Assembly (NCBI RefSeq): GCF_051954055.1
Contig: NZ_JBQCIE010000092.1
Location: 152,686 to 216,685, forward strand
DNA: 64,000 bases
Direction: 5' to 3'
Source: Humibacter sp.
Lineage (GTDB): Bacteria > Actinomycetota > Actinomycetes > Actinomycetales > Microbacteriaceae
Part shown: piece by piece, positions 45,106 to 53,893 of the stretch
Numbering within the stretch: the stretch's first letter is position 1
Layout: each line of letters starts with the position of its first letter
The notes under the pieces: generated by a model
What the model saw: only the letters and a program-made list of their open reading frames with translations
What the model was told of the DNA's origin: nothing
Databases searched by the model: none
Made by a program: the position numbers and the translations under genes

Positions 45106-45775
45106 CTCCAGCGGCGAGACACGCCCGTTCCTGTTGCTCGTCGAGGACGACCCTCGACTCGGCCCGCTCATGGCGAAGGTGCTGCAGGCATCGTTCGAGG
45201 TCGAGCTGGTCGCGGACGGGCAGCAGGGCTACGAACGAGCGCTCAGCGGTGACCACGACGTCATGGTGATCGACCGGCGGCTCCCCTCGCTGGATGGCCT
45301 GAGCATCGTGCGGAAGGTCAGGAACGAGCGGGTGGCGACGCCCATCATGCTGCTGACCGCGCTCGGAACCACCGCCGACAAGGTCGACGGACTCGACGCC
45401 GGCGCGAACGATTACCTCGTGAAGCCGTTCGAGTTCGACGAACTGCTGGCCAGGCTGCGCGCGCTCACCAGGCGGTTCGATCCGCAGGGCGCGGGCCTCC
45501 CGGTCGGCGAGTGGACGTTCTATCCGGACGACGGATGCATCTACTCGCCGCACATCGGACGCATCCTGCTGACCCCTCGCGAGTGCGCGCTGCTGCGGCT
45601 GTTCGCCGAGAATCCCGAGCGCACATTCACCCGGGAGCAGATCCTTCGCGCGGTGTTCAGCGCCGACGACCAGCCGGGAACCGTGGACACCTACGTGCAC
45701 TACCTGCGGCGCAAGACCGATCGCGACATCGTGCTGACGGTGCGGCGCAGGGGCTACCGCCTGGGACAGCTGTGA
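45095..45775 (+). CDS. OmpR/PhoB-family response regulator (TCS-1)
   Basis: Receiver domain (LLVEDD, VMVIDRRLPSLDG, LVKPF) plus winged helix (TREQIL, VDTYVHYLRRK, RGYRLG). The start is set at ATG 45095. Confidence 0.9.
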   Translation: MGNSSSGETRPFLLLVEDDPRLGPLMAKVLQASFEVELVADGQQGYERALSGDHDVMVIDRRLPSLDGLSIVRKVRNERVATPIMLLTALGTTADKVDGLDAGANDYLVKPFEFDELLARLRALTRRFDPQGAGLPVGEWTFYPDDGCIYSPHIGRILLTPRECALLRLFAENPERTFTREQILRAVFSADDQPGTVDTYVHYLRRKTDRDIVLTVRRRGYRLGQL

Positions 45776-46782
45776 GCCGGCGGCGGCGCGACGACGGAGC
45801 GGACGCCGCCGCGATCTCCCGCGCCTCGCGGGTCGTGACGGCCCAGATCACGGTTGCAGCGGCCGCCATCGTCGTACTCGTCGTGGCGCTCTCCGTGGCG
45901 TTCATCACGAAGCAGTCCGAGCCCAGCGAGCTGCTCGAGAAGCCTGCGCCAGGGCAGACGAAGATCTACGTCGACGCGAACGAGATGCTCGTCGCCCTGA
46001 TCGTGGTCGGCGTCATCGCCATCGCGCTGGCCGGGCTGATGAGCTGGGTGATCGCGCGCCGCGCGGTGCGTCCGCTCGGCGAAGCGCTGCGCATCCAACG
46101 CACGTTCGTAGCGGATGCCAGCCACGAGCTGCGCACGCCCGTCGCGGTGGTCGCGGCACGCGTCGAGCTGCTCGGGCAGGAGATCGAAGCAGGGGCCGAT
46201 ACGGCGGAGAACCTCGCCGGCCTGCGCGACGACGTTCGCGTGCTGGGCGACGTGATCACCGACCTGCTGCTCACGGCAGCACCGCCCGCCGAGGCCGAAC
46301 CCGACCGGCCGACGTCCGTGGCGGCGCTGACCCGAGCAACGATCGCGGATCTGCGGATGATCGCCCACCAGCGCGGCATCACGCTGAGCGTGATCGGCGA
46401 CGATGACGCCCAGCTCGAGCGAATTCACACGCGCGTGCCCACCAGCACCCTGCGACGCTGCATCGTCGCGCTCGTCGACAATGCGATCGCGCCCTCCCCG
46501 GAGGGCGGCTCCGTCGAGGTCGTGCTCGCAACGGCGAGAGACCGCGGGTACTTCTCCCTCTCGGTGCGCGATCACGGGGAGGGGATCGTGGGCATCGACC
46601 CTCAGCGACTTTTCGAACGGTTCGCGCACGGAGACGGCGCCGCCCGGGACGGCACCCGATCGGGATTCGGCATCGGGCTCGCGCTCGTGCGGGACATCGC
46701 CGACCGGTACGGCGGACGGATCGAGGTCGCCGACAGCTCCGCGGCGGGCACCACGTTCACACTGACGCTGCCGCGGGCGTGA
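45772..46782 (+). CDS. sensor histidine kinase (TCS-1)
   Basis: GTGA overlap with the RR stop. Two TM helices, H-box FVADASHELRTP, N box LVDNAI, G boxes RDHGEGI and GFGIGLALV. Confidence 0.88.
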   Translation: MSRRRRDDGADAAAISRASRVVTAQITVAAAAIVVLVVALSVAFITKQSEPSELLEKPAPGQTKIYVDANEMLVALIVVGVIAIALAGLMSWVIARRAVRPLGEALRIQRTFVADASHELRTPVAVVAARVELLGQEIEAGADTAENLAGLRDDVRVLGDVITDLLLTAAPPAEAEPDRPTSVAALTRATIADLRMIAHQRGITLSVIGDDDAQLERIHTRVPTSTLRRCIVALVDNAIAPSPEGGSVEVVLATARDRGYFSLSVRDHGEGIVGIDPQRLFERFAHGDGAARDGTRSGFGIGLALVRDIADRYGGRIEVADSSAAGTTFTLTLPRA

Positions 46783-46813
46783 ACGTCGCGAGGCGGGCAT
46801 CCGTGCGCCGCAG

Positions 46814-46861
46814 TGAGACGAAGCTGTTCTGAGACGAAGCTGTTCTGAGACGAAACTGTGA
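46814..46861. repeat. 16-nt tandem repeat, 3 copies (tgagacgaagctgttc x2 + tgagacgaaactgtga)
   Basis: Copies at 46814-46829 and 46830-46845 are identical; 46846-46861 matches 13/16. The array lies just downstream of the HK stop and upstream of a small ORF. Confidence 0.85.
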
Positions 46862-46900
46862 CGACGACTGAAACACTCGCCAGGAGATCCGGGAGGACAT

Positions 46901-47050
46901 GTGGGCGTCAGATGGATGACTGCGACCGCGACCCTTGGCGCGACCCTGCTCGCCGGCGCAGCCTTCTTCGCGCTGGCGCTGCTGGGCAACGAGCGGCGCC
47001 TGCGGAACGAGGAAGCGGCACCGGACGACGTGGACGATTCGGACGAGTGA
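46901..47050 (+). CDS. possible small membrane protein (49 aa), not in ORF track
   Basis: GTG 46901 follows gggagga (an in-frame ATG at 46916 is an alternative). Sequence VGVRWMTATATLGATLLAGAAFFALALLGNERRLRNEEAAPDDVDDSDE* has one TM helix and an acidic tail. Short, so speculative. Confidence 0.3.
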   Translation: MGVRWMTATATLGATLLAGAAFFALALLGNERRLRNEEAAPDDVDDSDE

Positions 47051-47068
47051 CGTCGCCGGTCGCGCTTG

Positions 47069-47803
47069 TCAGCGCGACCCGATTCTGCGGCGCACCGCCG
47101 GCAGCACCAGATCGAGCATGACCGGGTAGTAGATCGCGGCGACCGCGGCGCCGACCAGGACGCCGGCGACGACATCCGTCGGGTAACCGGCCGCCAGATA
47201 GAGCCTCGCCCAGAGCGAGACGGCGAGGGCGATGCCGCCGGCGAGCGCCACGAGCCAGCGCCAGTTGCTTCCGCGGGCGGCGAGCAGCAGCCCGATGACG
47301 GTGGCCGTGCCGAATGCGGTGGGCGTGCTCGGGTAGTCGAGGGCATCGGGCGCGACGACGGTGTGCCCGGCCGACAGTTCGAGGAGCGGGCGGTTCACGG
47401 CCAGCGAGACGGCGAGTGAGGCCAACCAGGCCAGGCACACGCCGCCGAGGAAGACGAACGCAGTCGTCCCATCCGCCATCAGATACACCATGAGAGCGGC
47501 GATCAGCAGCAGAACGATGCCGGCGGCCGTGCTGACCGTGATGTCGAAGACGAGCGCCACGACGCCGACGAGCGCCGACGAGCCGACACCGGCCCATTGG
47601 TCGACGGCGATCTCGGCGGCGGACCACGACGGATGCCCGTCGAGCACGACGCCCGCTACGAGCACGAGTGCCATCGCGGCGGCCCCTGCAGCGATCCAGA
47701 CCGCGGGATGCCTCAACGGCGCCAGCGCACGCTGGGCGCGCTGAGTCTCCCGTACGCCGGCCGCCGCCGGGAGCGATGGCGCGGTGCGTGTTCGTGCATC
47801 CAC
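47069..47803 (-). CDS. PAP2-superfamily-like membrane protein with degenerate catalytic motifs
   Basis: It can be laid by eye against the neighbouring PAP2. AVNRP stands for K-x6-RP (no Lys), YPSTPTAF for FPSGHTAF, and WARLYLAAGYPTD for WSRMYLGVHFPTD. Both His, the Ser and the Lys are replaced. Confidence 0.6.
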   Translation of the reverse strand: MDARTRTAPSLPAAAGVRETQRAQRALAPLRHPAVWIAAGAAAMALVLVAGVVLDGHPSWSAAEIAVDQWAGVGSSALVGVVALVFDITVSTAAGIVLLLIAALMVYLMADGTTAFVFLGGVCLAWLASLAVSLAVNRPLLELSAGHTVVAPDALDYPSTPTAFGTATVIGLLLAARGSNWRWLVALAGGIALAVSLWARLYLAAGYPTDVVAGVLVGAAVAAIYYPVMLDLVLPAVRRRIGSR

Positions 47804-47950
47804 GCCGCCATGCTTGTGCAGACATCCTCATCGTGGTCTAAGAAAGCGCGCGGCCCAGACTCCGCTCCCCTTCTTTCGAATGCTGACAGGAAGCACGCCG
47901 AACCCGCAGGTCTTAGCCGGTTCTTGGATCCGCGCGATTTGACTGCGAGC

Positions 47951-49513
47951 ATGGTCGACACTGCCACCGCACCGGTCGTCAGCGCCGTCCGCATGAGCGA
48001 GCGACGCCGTCTCGGCGTCATCGCTGTGGCGGCGGGCGCGGTCGCCATGGCGGTCAGCCTGATCGGCTCCTGGATCCCTTCCCTGTGGGGCGACGAGGCC
48101 GCCAGCCTGCTCTCGGCGCAGCGCTCGTTCGGCAGCCTCTTCATGATGCTCGGGCACGTGGATGCCGTGCACGGCCTGTACTACGTGCTGCTGCACTTCT
48201 GGGTGCATCTCGCCGGAACCTCACCGTTCGCCATCCGTCTGCCCAGCGCGGTCGGCGTGGGCATCGGCGCCGCCGCCGTCGCCTGGATGGGCGGCAGGAT
48301 GCGCGGGGCACGGTTCGCCGTGATCGCCGGCATCGTCGCCGCCGTGCTTCCGCGCCTGACCTACGCCGGTGAGGAGGCGCGGTCGTACGCTACGGACGCC
48401 GCGCTGTGCGCCGTGCTGTGCGCGATCGTCGTCGAGATCGCGCTGCAGGAGCGACGGAGTCCGGCGCTGTGGACGGCGTTCGGCATCGTGCTCGTCTTCG
48501 CGACCTACCTGTTCCTCTACAACCTGCTCATCGTCATTGCGATCGGCGCGTTCCTCGTCATGACCCCGACGGCGCGGAGGCACCTCCGCGGGTTCGTGAC
48601 GGCAACCGGCCTCGTCGTGCTCGCGTCCGCTCCGTTGCTCGTGTTCGCGTATCTGGAACGCGCTCAGGTCTCCTATCTCGCCGATGAGGCGCAGGTGACC
48701 TCGTCATCCGTCTTCGTGCAGATGTGGTTCGGCGCCGTTCCGTTCGCGATCGTGGGCTGGCTCCTCATCCTCGTGGCGGTCGGTGACCTGGTGCTGCGCA
48801 CGGAACGGGACCGCCGGGAGGCGCGAGCCCTCGCGGCAGGTGCCGCACCGGTGCGCAGCCTCGGCACCGAGAAGCCCGACGTCGTGCTGCTCGGCCTGTG
48901 CTGGCTCGTGCTGCCGATGGGCATCCTGATCGCGACCAGCGTCGTCGTCCACGGCTTCACCGCTAGGTATGGCACCATTGCAGCGCCGGCCGCGGCCATC
49001 CTCATCGCCGCCGGCATCGACCGCCTCGTCAGCCTGACCGGACGTCGCTGGGTGGGCATCATCGGCATAGCGGCCGTGCTGGTCGCGGCCGCGCCGGTCT
49101 GGGCGAGCCAGCGCGGCCCGTACTCGATGAACGAGTCGGACTGGAACGAGATCGCCGCGACGGTTCAGGCGAACGCGCATCAGGGCGACGGCATCGTGTT
49201 CGACGAAGGCGTGCGGCCCTCCCGGCGCACCCGGCTCGCCATGAGCACGGATCCGGCGGCGTTCTCCACGGTGAAGGACGTCACGCTGCGCGTGCCGTAC
49301 GCACAGAACCACACCTGGTACGACTCCGCCTACACGGTTGAGCAGGCTGCGGCACTCGGCCGGTTCCACGGCATCGACCGGGTGTGGGTCGTCGAGTACT
49401 CCATGCCCGGCCATGTCTACCTGTGGGGCACCCAGTCGCTCGAGCAGCTGGGCTACCACGAGACCGCGAAGTACTCCCTGCATCGAAGCGTGATCTACCT
49501 CTTCACGCGTTGA
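47951..49513 (+). CDS. GT-C-fold membrane glycosyltransferase (PMT_2/ArnT-like)
   Basis: The start is set at ATG 47951. SLWGDEAASLLSA near the first loop, around 10 N-terminal TM helices, and a soluble C-terminal domain. Confidence 0.65.
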   Translation: MVDTATAPVVSAVRMSERRRLGVIAVAAGAVAMAVSLIGSWIPSLWGDEAASLLSAQRSFGSLFMMLGHVDAVHGLYYVLLHFWVHLAGTSPFAIRLPSAVGVGIGAAAVAWMGGRMRGARFAVIAGIVAAVLPRLTYAGEEARSYATDAALCAVLCAIVVEIALQERRSPALWTAFGIVLVFATYLFLYNLLIVIAIGAFLVMTPTARRHLRGFVTATGLVVLASAPLLVFAYLERAQVSYLADEAQVTSSSVFVQMWFGAVPFAIVGWLLILVAVGDLVLRTERDRREARALAAGAAPVRSLGTEKPDVVLLGLCWLVLPMGILIATSVVVHGFTARYGTIAAPAAAILIAAGIDRLVSLTGRRWVGIIGIAAVLVAAAPVWASQRGPYSMNESDWNEIAATVQANAHQGDGIVFDEGVRPSRRTRLAMSTDPAAFSTVKDVTLRVPYAQNHTWYDSAYTVEQAAALGRFHGIDRVWVVEYSMPGHVYLWGTQSLEQLGYHETAKYSLHRSVIYLFTR

Positions 49514-49562
49514 CCGCATCCCGAACCGACACCCCCAACTCCCCCGATCACAGAGACAACGG

Positions 49563-50369
49563 ATGACACGACTCGCCACCGCCCGCCATAGCAGCAGCCC
49601 TCGACTCCCCCGCGTTCCCGACCCGACGCCGGTCTTCTGGATCACCAAGGCCGTCTCGACCGCGATGGGCGAGGCCGTCTCGGACTATTCCATCCACGTG
49701 CTGCCACCGGTGGTGGCCGTGCTGTGCGGATTCGCCCTGTTCGTGATCGCGCTGATCGTGCAACTCACGCGCGGCAGGTACACACCGTGGTCGTACTGGC
49801 TGACGGTGGGTATGGTCGGCGTGTTCGGCACCATGGCGGCCGACGTGATGCATGTCGCGCTCGGCGTGCCCTATGCGATCAGCACCACGTTCTACGCCGT
49901 TGTTCTCGCGGCCGTCTTCCTGCTCTGGCGGCGTCTCGAGCACACGCTGTCGGTGCACGACATCGTCACGCCGCGCCGCGAGCTGCTGTACTGGGCTGCC
50001 GTCGTGGCCACGTTCGCGATGGGCACGGCGCTCGGCGACCTGACCGCGATCGGCCTCGGCATGGGCTACCTGGCGTCCATCGTGGTGTTCGCCGTGGTCA
50101 TCCTCATTCCCGCCCTCGGCTTCCGGTTCGCGCGCTGGAACGGCGTGTTCTGCTTCTGGTTCGCCTACGTGGTCACACGCCCGCTCGGCGCCTCGATCGC
50201 GGACTTCCTCGGAAAGCCGCGAGTCGACGGCGGCCTCGGCGCAGGCGAGGGCGTTGTGGCGCTCGCGCTCGTGCTTCTGATGGCCGCGCTCGTCGGGTTC
50301 ATGTACCTGCGGGCACCCCGCAGGCAACGCGCGCTCGCCGGCGGCACGTTCACGGGAGTCGAATCGTAG
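49563..50369 (+). CDS. polytopic membrane protein, unknown function (COG4705-like?)
   Basis: 268 aa with around 8 hydrophobic helices in an internally repeated pattern (TKAVSTAMGEAVSDY / TRPLGASIADF). The family name is recalled from memory only. Confidence 0.55.
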   Translation: MTRLATARHSSSPRLPRVPDPTPVFWITKAVSTAMGEAVSDYSIHVLPPVVAVLCGFALFVIALIVQLTRGRYTPWSYWLTVGMVGVFGTMAADVMHVALGVPYAISTTFYAVVLAAVFLLWRRLEHTLSVHDIVTPRRELLYWAAVVATFAMGTALGDLTAIGLGMGYLASIVVFAVVILIPALGFRFARWNGVFCFWFAYVVTRPLGASIADFLGKPRVDGGLGAGEGVVALALVLLMAALVGFMYLRAPRRQRALAGGTFTGVES

Positions 50370-50396
50370 GGGCGCGTCGCCCATAAGCTCCTTTTC

Positions 50397-51140
50397 ATGA
50401 CCTCTGTGCTGGTGAACAGCCTCATCGGCATCGCCGTGCTCATCGCGCTCGCCACCGGGGTGCTCTGGTATTACGGCGCACCGCACCACTGGGCGCCGGC
50501 ACTGGCAGTACTGCGCGGCATCCTGCAGCTGGCGGTCGTGAGCATCATCCTCACCGGCGTGATCACGAACGGCTGGTGGGTGGCGCTCGCCCTGATCGTG
50601 ATGTTCGGCGTGGCGTGCGCGACGGCCATCCGGCGCATCGGGTGGACGCTGCAGCACGCGCTCATGATCGTGTCGGCCATGGCGGCAGGCATCGCCCTGA
50701 CGCTCACGATCGTGTTCGTCACCGGCACGATCGAGTTCTCGGCGCGCTACGTGCTGGCGATCGGCGGCATCGTGATCGGCAACACGATGACGATCGCCAC
50801 ACTGGCCGGCCGCCGGTTCGTCGAGCTCGTGCGCGACCGCTGGGACCAGGTGGAGGCATGGATGTCTCTGGGCGCCACTCCGCGCCAGTCCACGCACGAG
50901 CTGGCGCGCGACGCGGTCTACGCGGCGCTCATCCCATCGACCGACCAGACCAAGACGACGGGGCTGGTCACCCTGCCCGGCGCGTTCGTCGGCGCGATCT
51001 TCGGAGGCGTCTCGCCGCTGGAGGCGGGCCGGTTCCAGATCGTCGTGCTGGCATCCATCATGGCGACCGGGGCGATCACGGCGGTGATCGTCGCGCTCTG
51101 GATGTCGCCGGTACGGGTGAAGCCCGCGGCCCTGGTGTGA
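50397..51140 (+). CDS. UPF0014/FetB(YbbM)-like ABC permease, no adjacent ATPase
   Basis: 247 aa with around 7 TM helices. Blocks LRGILQLAVVSIIL, IGGIVIGNTMT and GLVTLPGAFVGAI are typical of the YbbM/FetB family. Confidence 0.7.
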   Translation: MTSVLVNSLIGIAVLIALATGVLWYYGAPHHWAPALAVLRGILQLAVVSIILTGVITNGWWVALALIVMFGVACATAIRRIGWTLQHALMIVSAMAAGIALTLTIVFVTGTIEFSARYVLAIGGIVIGNTMTIATLAGRRFVELVRDRWDQVEAWMSLGATPRQSTHELARDAVYAALIPSTDQTKTTGLVTLPGAFVGAIFGGVSPLEAGRFQIVVLASIMATGAITAVIVALWMSPVRVKPAALV

Positions 51141-52360
51141 GCGTGCCCCGCCTCGTCGCACGGTTCAGGCTGGTCGCCGCATCGGTGGCCCTCTGCATCG
51201 CGGGCGCGACGTTGACGGCGTGCTCGCCGGCATCCGTCGGTGCCGCCCCCGAGGTCGCCACGCCGCCGATGGGCTGGAACAGCTGGAATCACTTCGGCTG
51301 CTCCGTCACCGAGGCCGACGTCAAGGCGGCCGCCGACGCGATCGCCACGGACGGCCTGCGCTCGGCCGGCTACCGGTACGTGAACGTCGACGACTGCTGG
51401 CAGGCGCCGACTCGCGGCAGGGACAGCGCGTTGCGTGCGGACCCGAAGCGATTCCCGGACGGCATCGCCGCACTGGCCGCCTACGTGCACGCGAAGGGCC
51501 TCGAGTTCGGCATCTACGCCGCGCCGGGAGCGCAGACGTGCGCTGAGCGGTACCAGGGTTACCCGGGCCGCCTCGGCAGCCTGGGGCACGAGCAGCAGGA
51601 CGCGGACACGTTCGCCTCCTGGGGCGTCGACTACCTGAAGTACGACTGGTGCGCCGCCGACCGGGAGGGCGTGGGGCACGAGCACGCGTTCGCCCGCATG
51701 CGCGCCGCGCTGAACGCGACAGGGCGGCCGATCGTGCTCAGCATCCACGACAAGCCGGAACAGCCGGTTCCAGCATGGCGGCATTGGGTGTCCGACCTCT
51801 CCCGCACCACGCCCGACATCCAGGACGACTGGGCCTCTGTGGTCTCGATCGTGCGGTCGACGCTGAAGGTCGCGCACCTCGCCTCCCCCGGGTTCTGGAA
51901 CGACCCCGACATGCTCGAGGTGGGCAACGGCGGCATGAGCGACGACGAGCAGCGCAGCCACTTCGCACTCTGGGCGCAGCTGTCGGCGCCGCTCCTGATC
52001 GGCTGCGACCTGCGCACGGCATCGCCGGAGTCCTTGCGCATCCTCGGCGCGCGTGGCGTCATCCGGATCGATCAGGACGCTCTCGGCGCCGCTCCCACGA
52101 TCATCCGTTCGTCCTCGACCGAGCTCGTTCTGCTCAAACGCCTTGCCGATGGGTCGTCGTCACTCACCATCACGAATCTGAGCGCGAGCCCGCAGCGGTT
52201 CACGGTGACAGGGAAGAGCCTCGGAATGGGCTCCGGCTTCACGGCCGAGGATGCCTGGACCGGCACGAAGTCGGGCCGGCCTTCGGACGGCACCGATCGG
52301 GTCAGTGTTGGTTTAGCGTCGCACGCGACCGCGATGTATCGGCTTTCGCCGAGGTCGTAG
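51137..52360 (+). CDS. alpha-galactosidase, GH27, lipoprotein
   Basis: Lipobox LTAC. Motifs PPMGWNSWNHFGC, YRYVNVDDCW, VDYLKYDWC, WNDPDMLEVG. The start is GTG 51137 or 51143, overlapping or abutting the upstream stop. Confidence 0.88.
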   Translation: MSVPRLVARFRLVAASVALCIAGATLTACSPASVGAAPEVATPPMGWNSWNHFGCSVTEADVKAAADAIATDGLRSAGYRYVNVDDCWQAPTRGRDSALRADPKRFPDGIAALAAYVHAKGLEFGIYAAPGAQTCAERYQGYPGRLGSLGHEQQDADTFASWGVDYLKYDWCAADREGVGHEHAFARMRAALNATGRPIVLSIHDKPEQPVPAWRHWVSDLSRTTPDIQDDWASVVSIVRSTLKVAHLASPGFWNDPDMLEVGNGGMSDDEQRSHFALWAQLSAPLLIGCDLRTASPESLRILGARGVIRIDQDALGAAPTIIRSSSTELVLLKRLADGSSSLTITNLSASPQRFTVTGKSLGMGSGFTAEDAWTGTKSGRPSDGTDRVSVGLASHATAMYRLSPRS

Positions 52361-52484
52361 CAGGGTCGGCCTCGCTCCGGGCTCGCTGTTCACGCGCCGA
52401 GACGATCGCGGCCGTCAGAAAGAGCGCGCCGAGTCCCATCGCGGCGACGATGAACCCCACGGTCACCCATGCCCAGATCGTCAC
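52302..52484 (-). CDS. possible small membrane protein (60 aa)
   Basis: GTG 52484 follows gaaggggg. VTIWAWVTVGFIVAAMGLGALFLTAAIV has one TM helix with high GC3 in that part. The 3' end overlaps the GH27 3' end by 59 nt. Speculative. Confidence 0.3.
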   Translation of the reverse strand: MTIWAWVTVGFIVAAMGLGALFLTAAIVSAREQRARSEADPATTSAKADTSRSRATLNQH

Positions 52485-52642
52485 GGCACCCCCTTCGAGG
52501 TCAGGAATCGTCTCCCGCGAGGACCGATCCGAACCGGGAGACACGCCTTGGCATCAGCCTTTCCATAGGGCTCTCAGAATTCACCCAGGCGCCGCATGCC
52601 CTAGGGTGTTCAGGTCCCGAACCCCTGGAAATCCTCGGCAAC

Positions 52643-53773
52643 ATGCACGAATCCATCACCAACAGGAGACGACACGTAACGGTGGCGGCGCATCCGGCTC
52701 GACGCAAGCTCTACGAGCTCGAGGTCGTGCGTGTACTCACCTTCGCCTGTGTCATCGCGGTGCACGTGATCAGTCACACCTCGCGCGGAAGCGTGCCGAT
52801 CGTCGCCTCCCTGACACTTCTGCACTTCACGCGCGAGGTGTTCTTCGCGCTGACCGGATTCGTGCTCACGTTCAGCTACCTGCGCAAGCCGAAGCCCATG
52901 CGCCAGTTCTGGCCGAAGCGGTTCCTGCTGGTCGGCGTGCCCTACGTGGTGTGGTCGTTCATCTACTGCGTCATCAGCGCGATCGGCAAACCGTTCGACC
53001 TCGGCGGATTCGTGCTGCGCTTCCTCTATGCCACGTTGACCGGGACGGCGTACTACCACCTGTACTTCCTGCTCGTCACGATGCAGATCTACCTGCTGTT
53101 CCCGCTTCTCGTCTGGCTCGTGAAGGCGACCCGCCGTTGGCACTGGCTGCTCGTCTCGCTCGCGTTCGCCGTGCAGCTGACGATCAGCGCCCTGGATGCC
53201 TACAAGCCCGGCTCGCTGCACTGGATCAACCTGTTCAGCAACGTGATCAACTACCAGGCGTTCATCATCGGCGGCGCCGTCGCGGCCTACCACTCGGAGG
53301 CCGCGCTGCAGTGGGTGCGCGACCATCGGCGCCTCATCGCGATCGTCACGCCGCTCGCAGCGGCAGCCGCGATCGGCGTCTATCTGCTTCAGCTGCAGTG
53401 GGGCTATTCCGCCTACCGGGCCGCGACCGCGTACCAGCCGGTCGTGATCGCGTGGTCCGCCGTGGCCGGCGTCGCCCTGCTGGCGATCGGCGCCTGGTGG
53501 GTGGATCGCAAGCCGGACGCACCGCATCGCACCCTCGATTACCTCTCCGACCGGTCGTTCGGCGTCTTCCTCGCGCATCCGCTCGTGCTGTGGGCCCTGC
53601 TCGGACTCGCCGGCGCACTACTGGGCTCATGGCCGCCGCTCGTGTCGACGCTCGTGGCGTACCCGATCGTCGCGCTCGGGGCGCTGGGCATCGCTGACGC
53701 GTCGCGGCGGAGCATCCTGAGCCTTCCGCTCGCCGGTCGCCCGCGCGCCACGCGCCGCAAGAACAACCCCTGA
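52643..53773 (+). CDS. acyltransferase family 3 (OafA/YrhL-like O-acyltransferase)
   Basis: The start is set at ATG 52643. Motifs LEVVRVLTFACVIAVHV, FFALTGFVL, YHLYFLLVTMQIYLLFPLL. About 10 TM helices. Confidence 0.85.
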   Translation: MHESITNRRRHVTVAAHPARRKLYELEVVRVLTFACVIAVHVISHTSRGSVPIVASLTLLHFTREVFFALTGFVLTFSYLRKPKPMRQFWPKRFLLVGVPYVVWSFIYCVISAIGKPFDLGGFVLRFLYATLTGTAYYHLYFLLVTMQIYLLFPLLVWLVKATRRWHWLLVSLAFAVQLTISALDAYKPGSLHWINLFSNVINYQAFIIGGAVAAYHSEAALQWVRDHRRLIAIVTPLAAAAAIGVYLLQLQWGYSAYRAATAYQPVVIAWSAVAGVALLAIGAWWVDRKPDAPHRTLDYLSDRSFGVFLAHPLVLWALLGLAGALLGSWPPLVSTLVAYPIVALGALGIADASRRSILSLPLAGRPRATRRKNNP

Positions 53774-53893
53774 ATCCCGCGCGACGCAACGGCGAATCGC
53801 CGCCCCTGTACATGCCTATGCATGTTCTTTGACGTGCCTGGGAGAGGTGCGATTCTTGCAGTCGTCTCAAAACGGCGCCAGCACCATCGCAGT

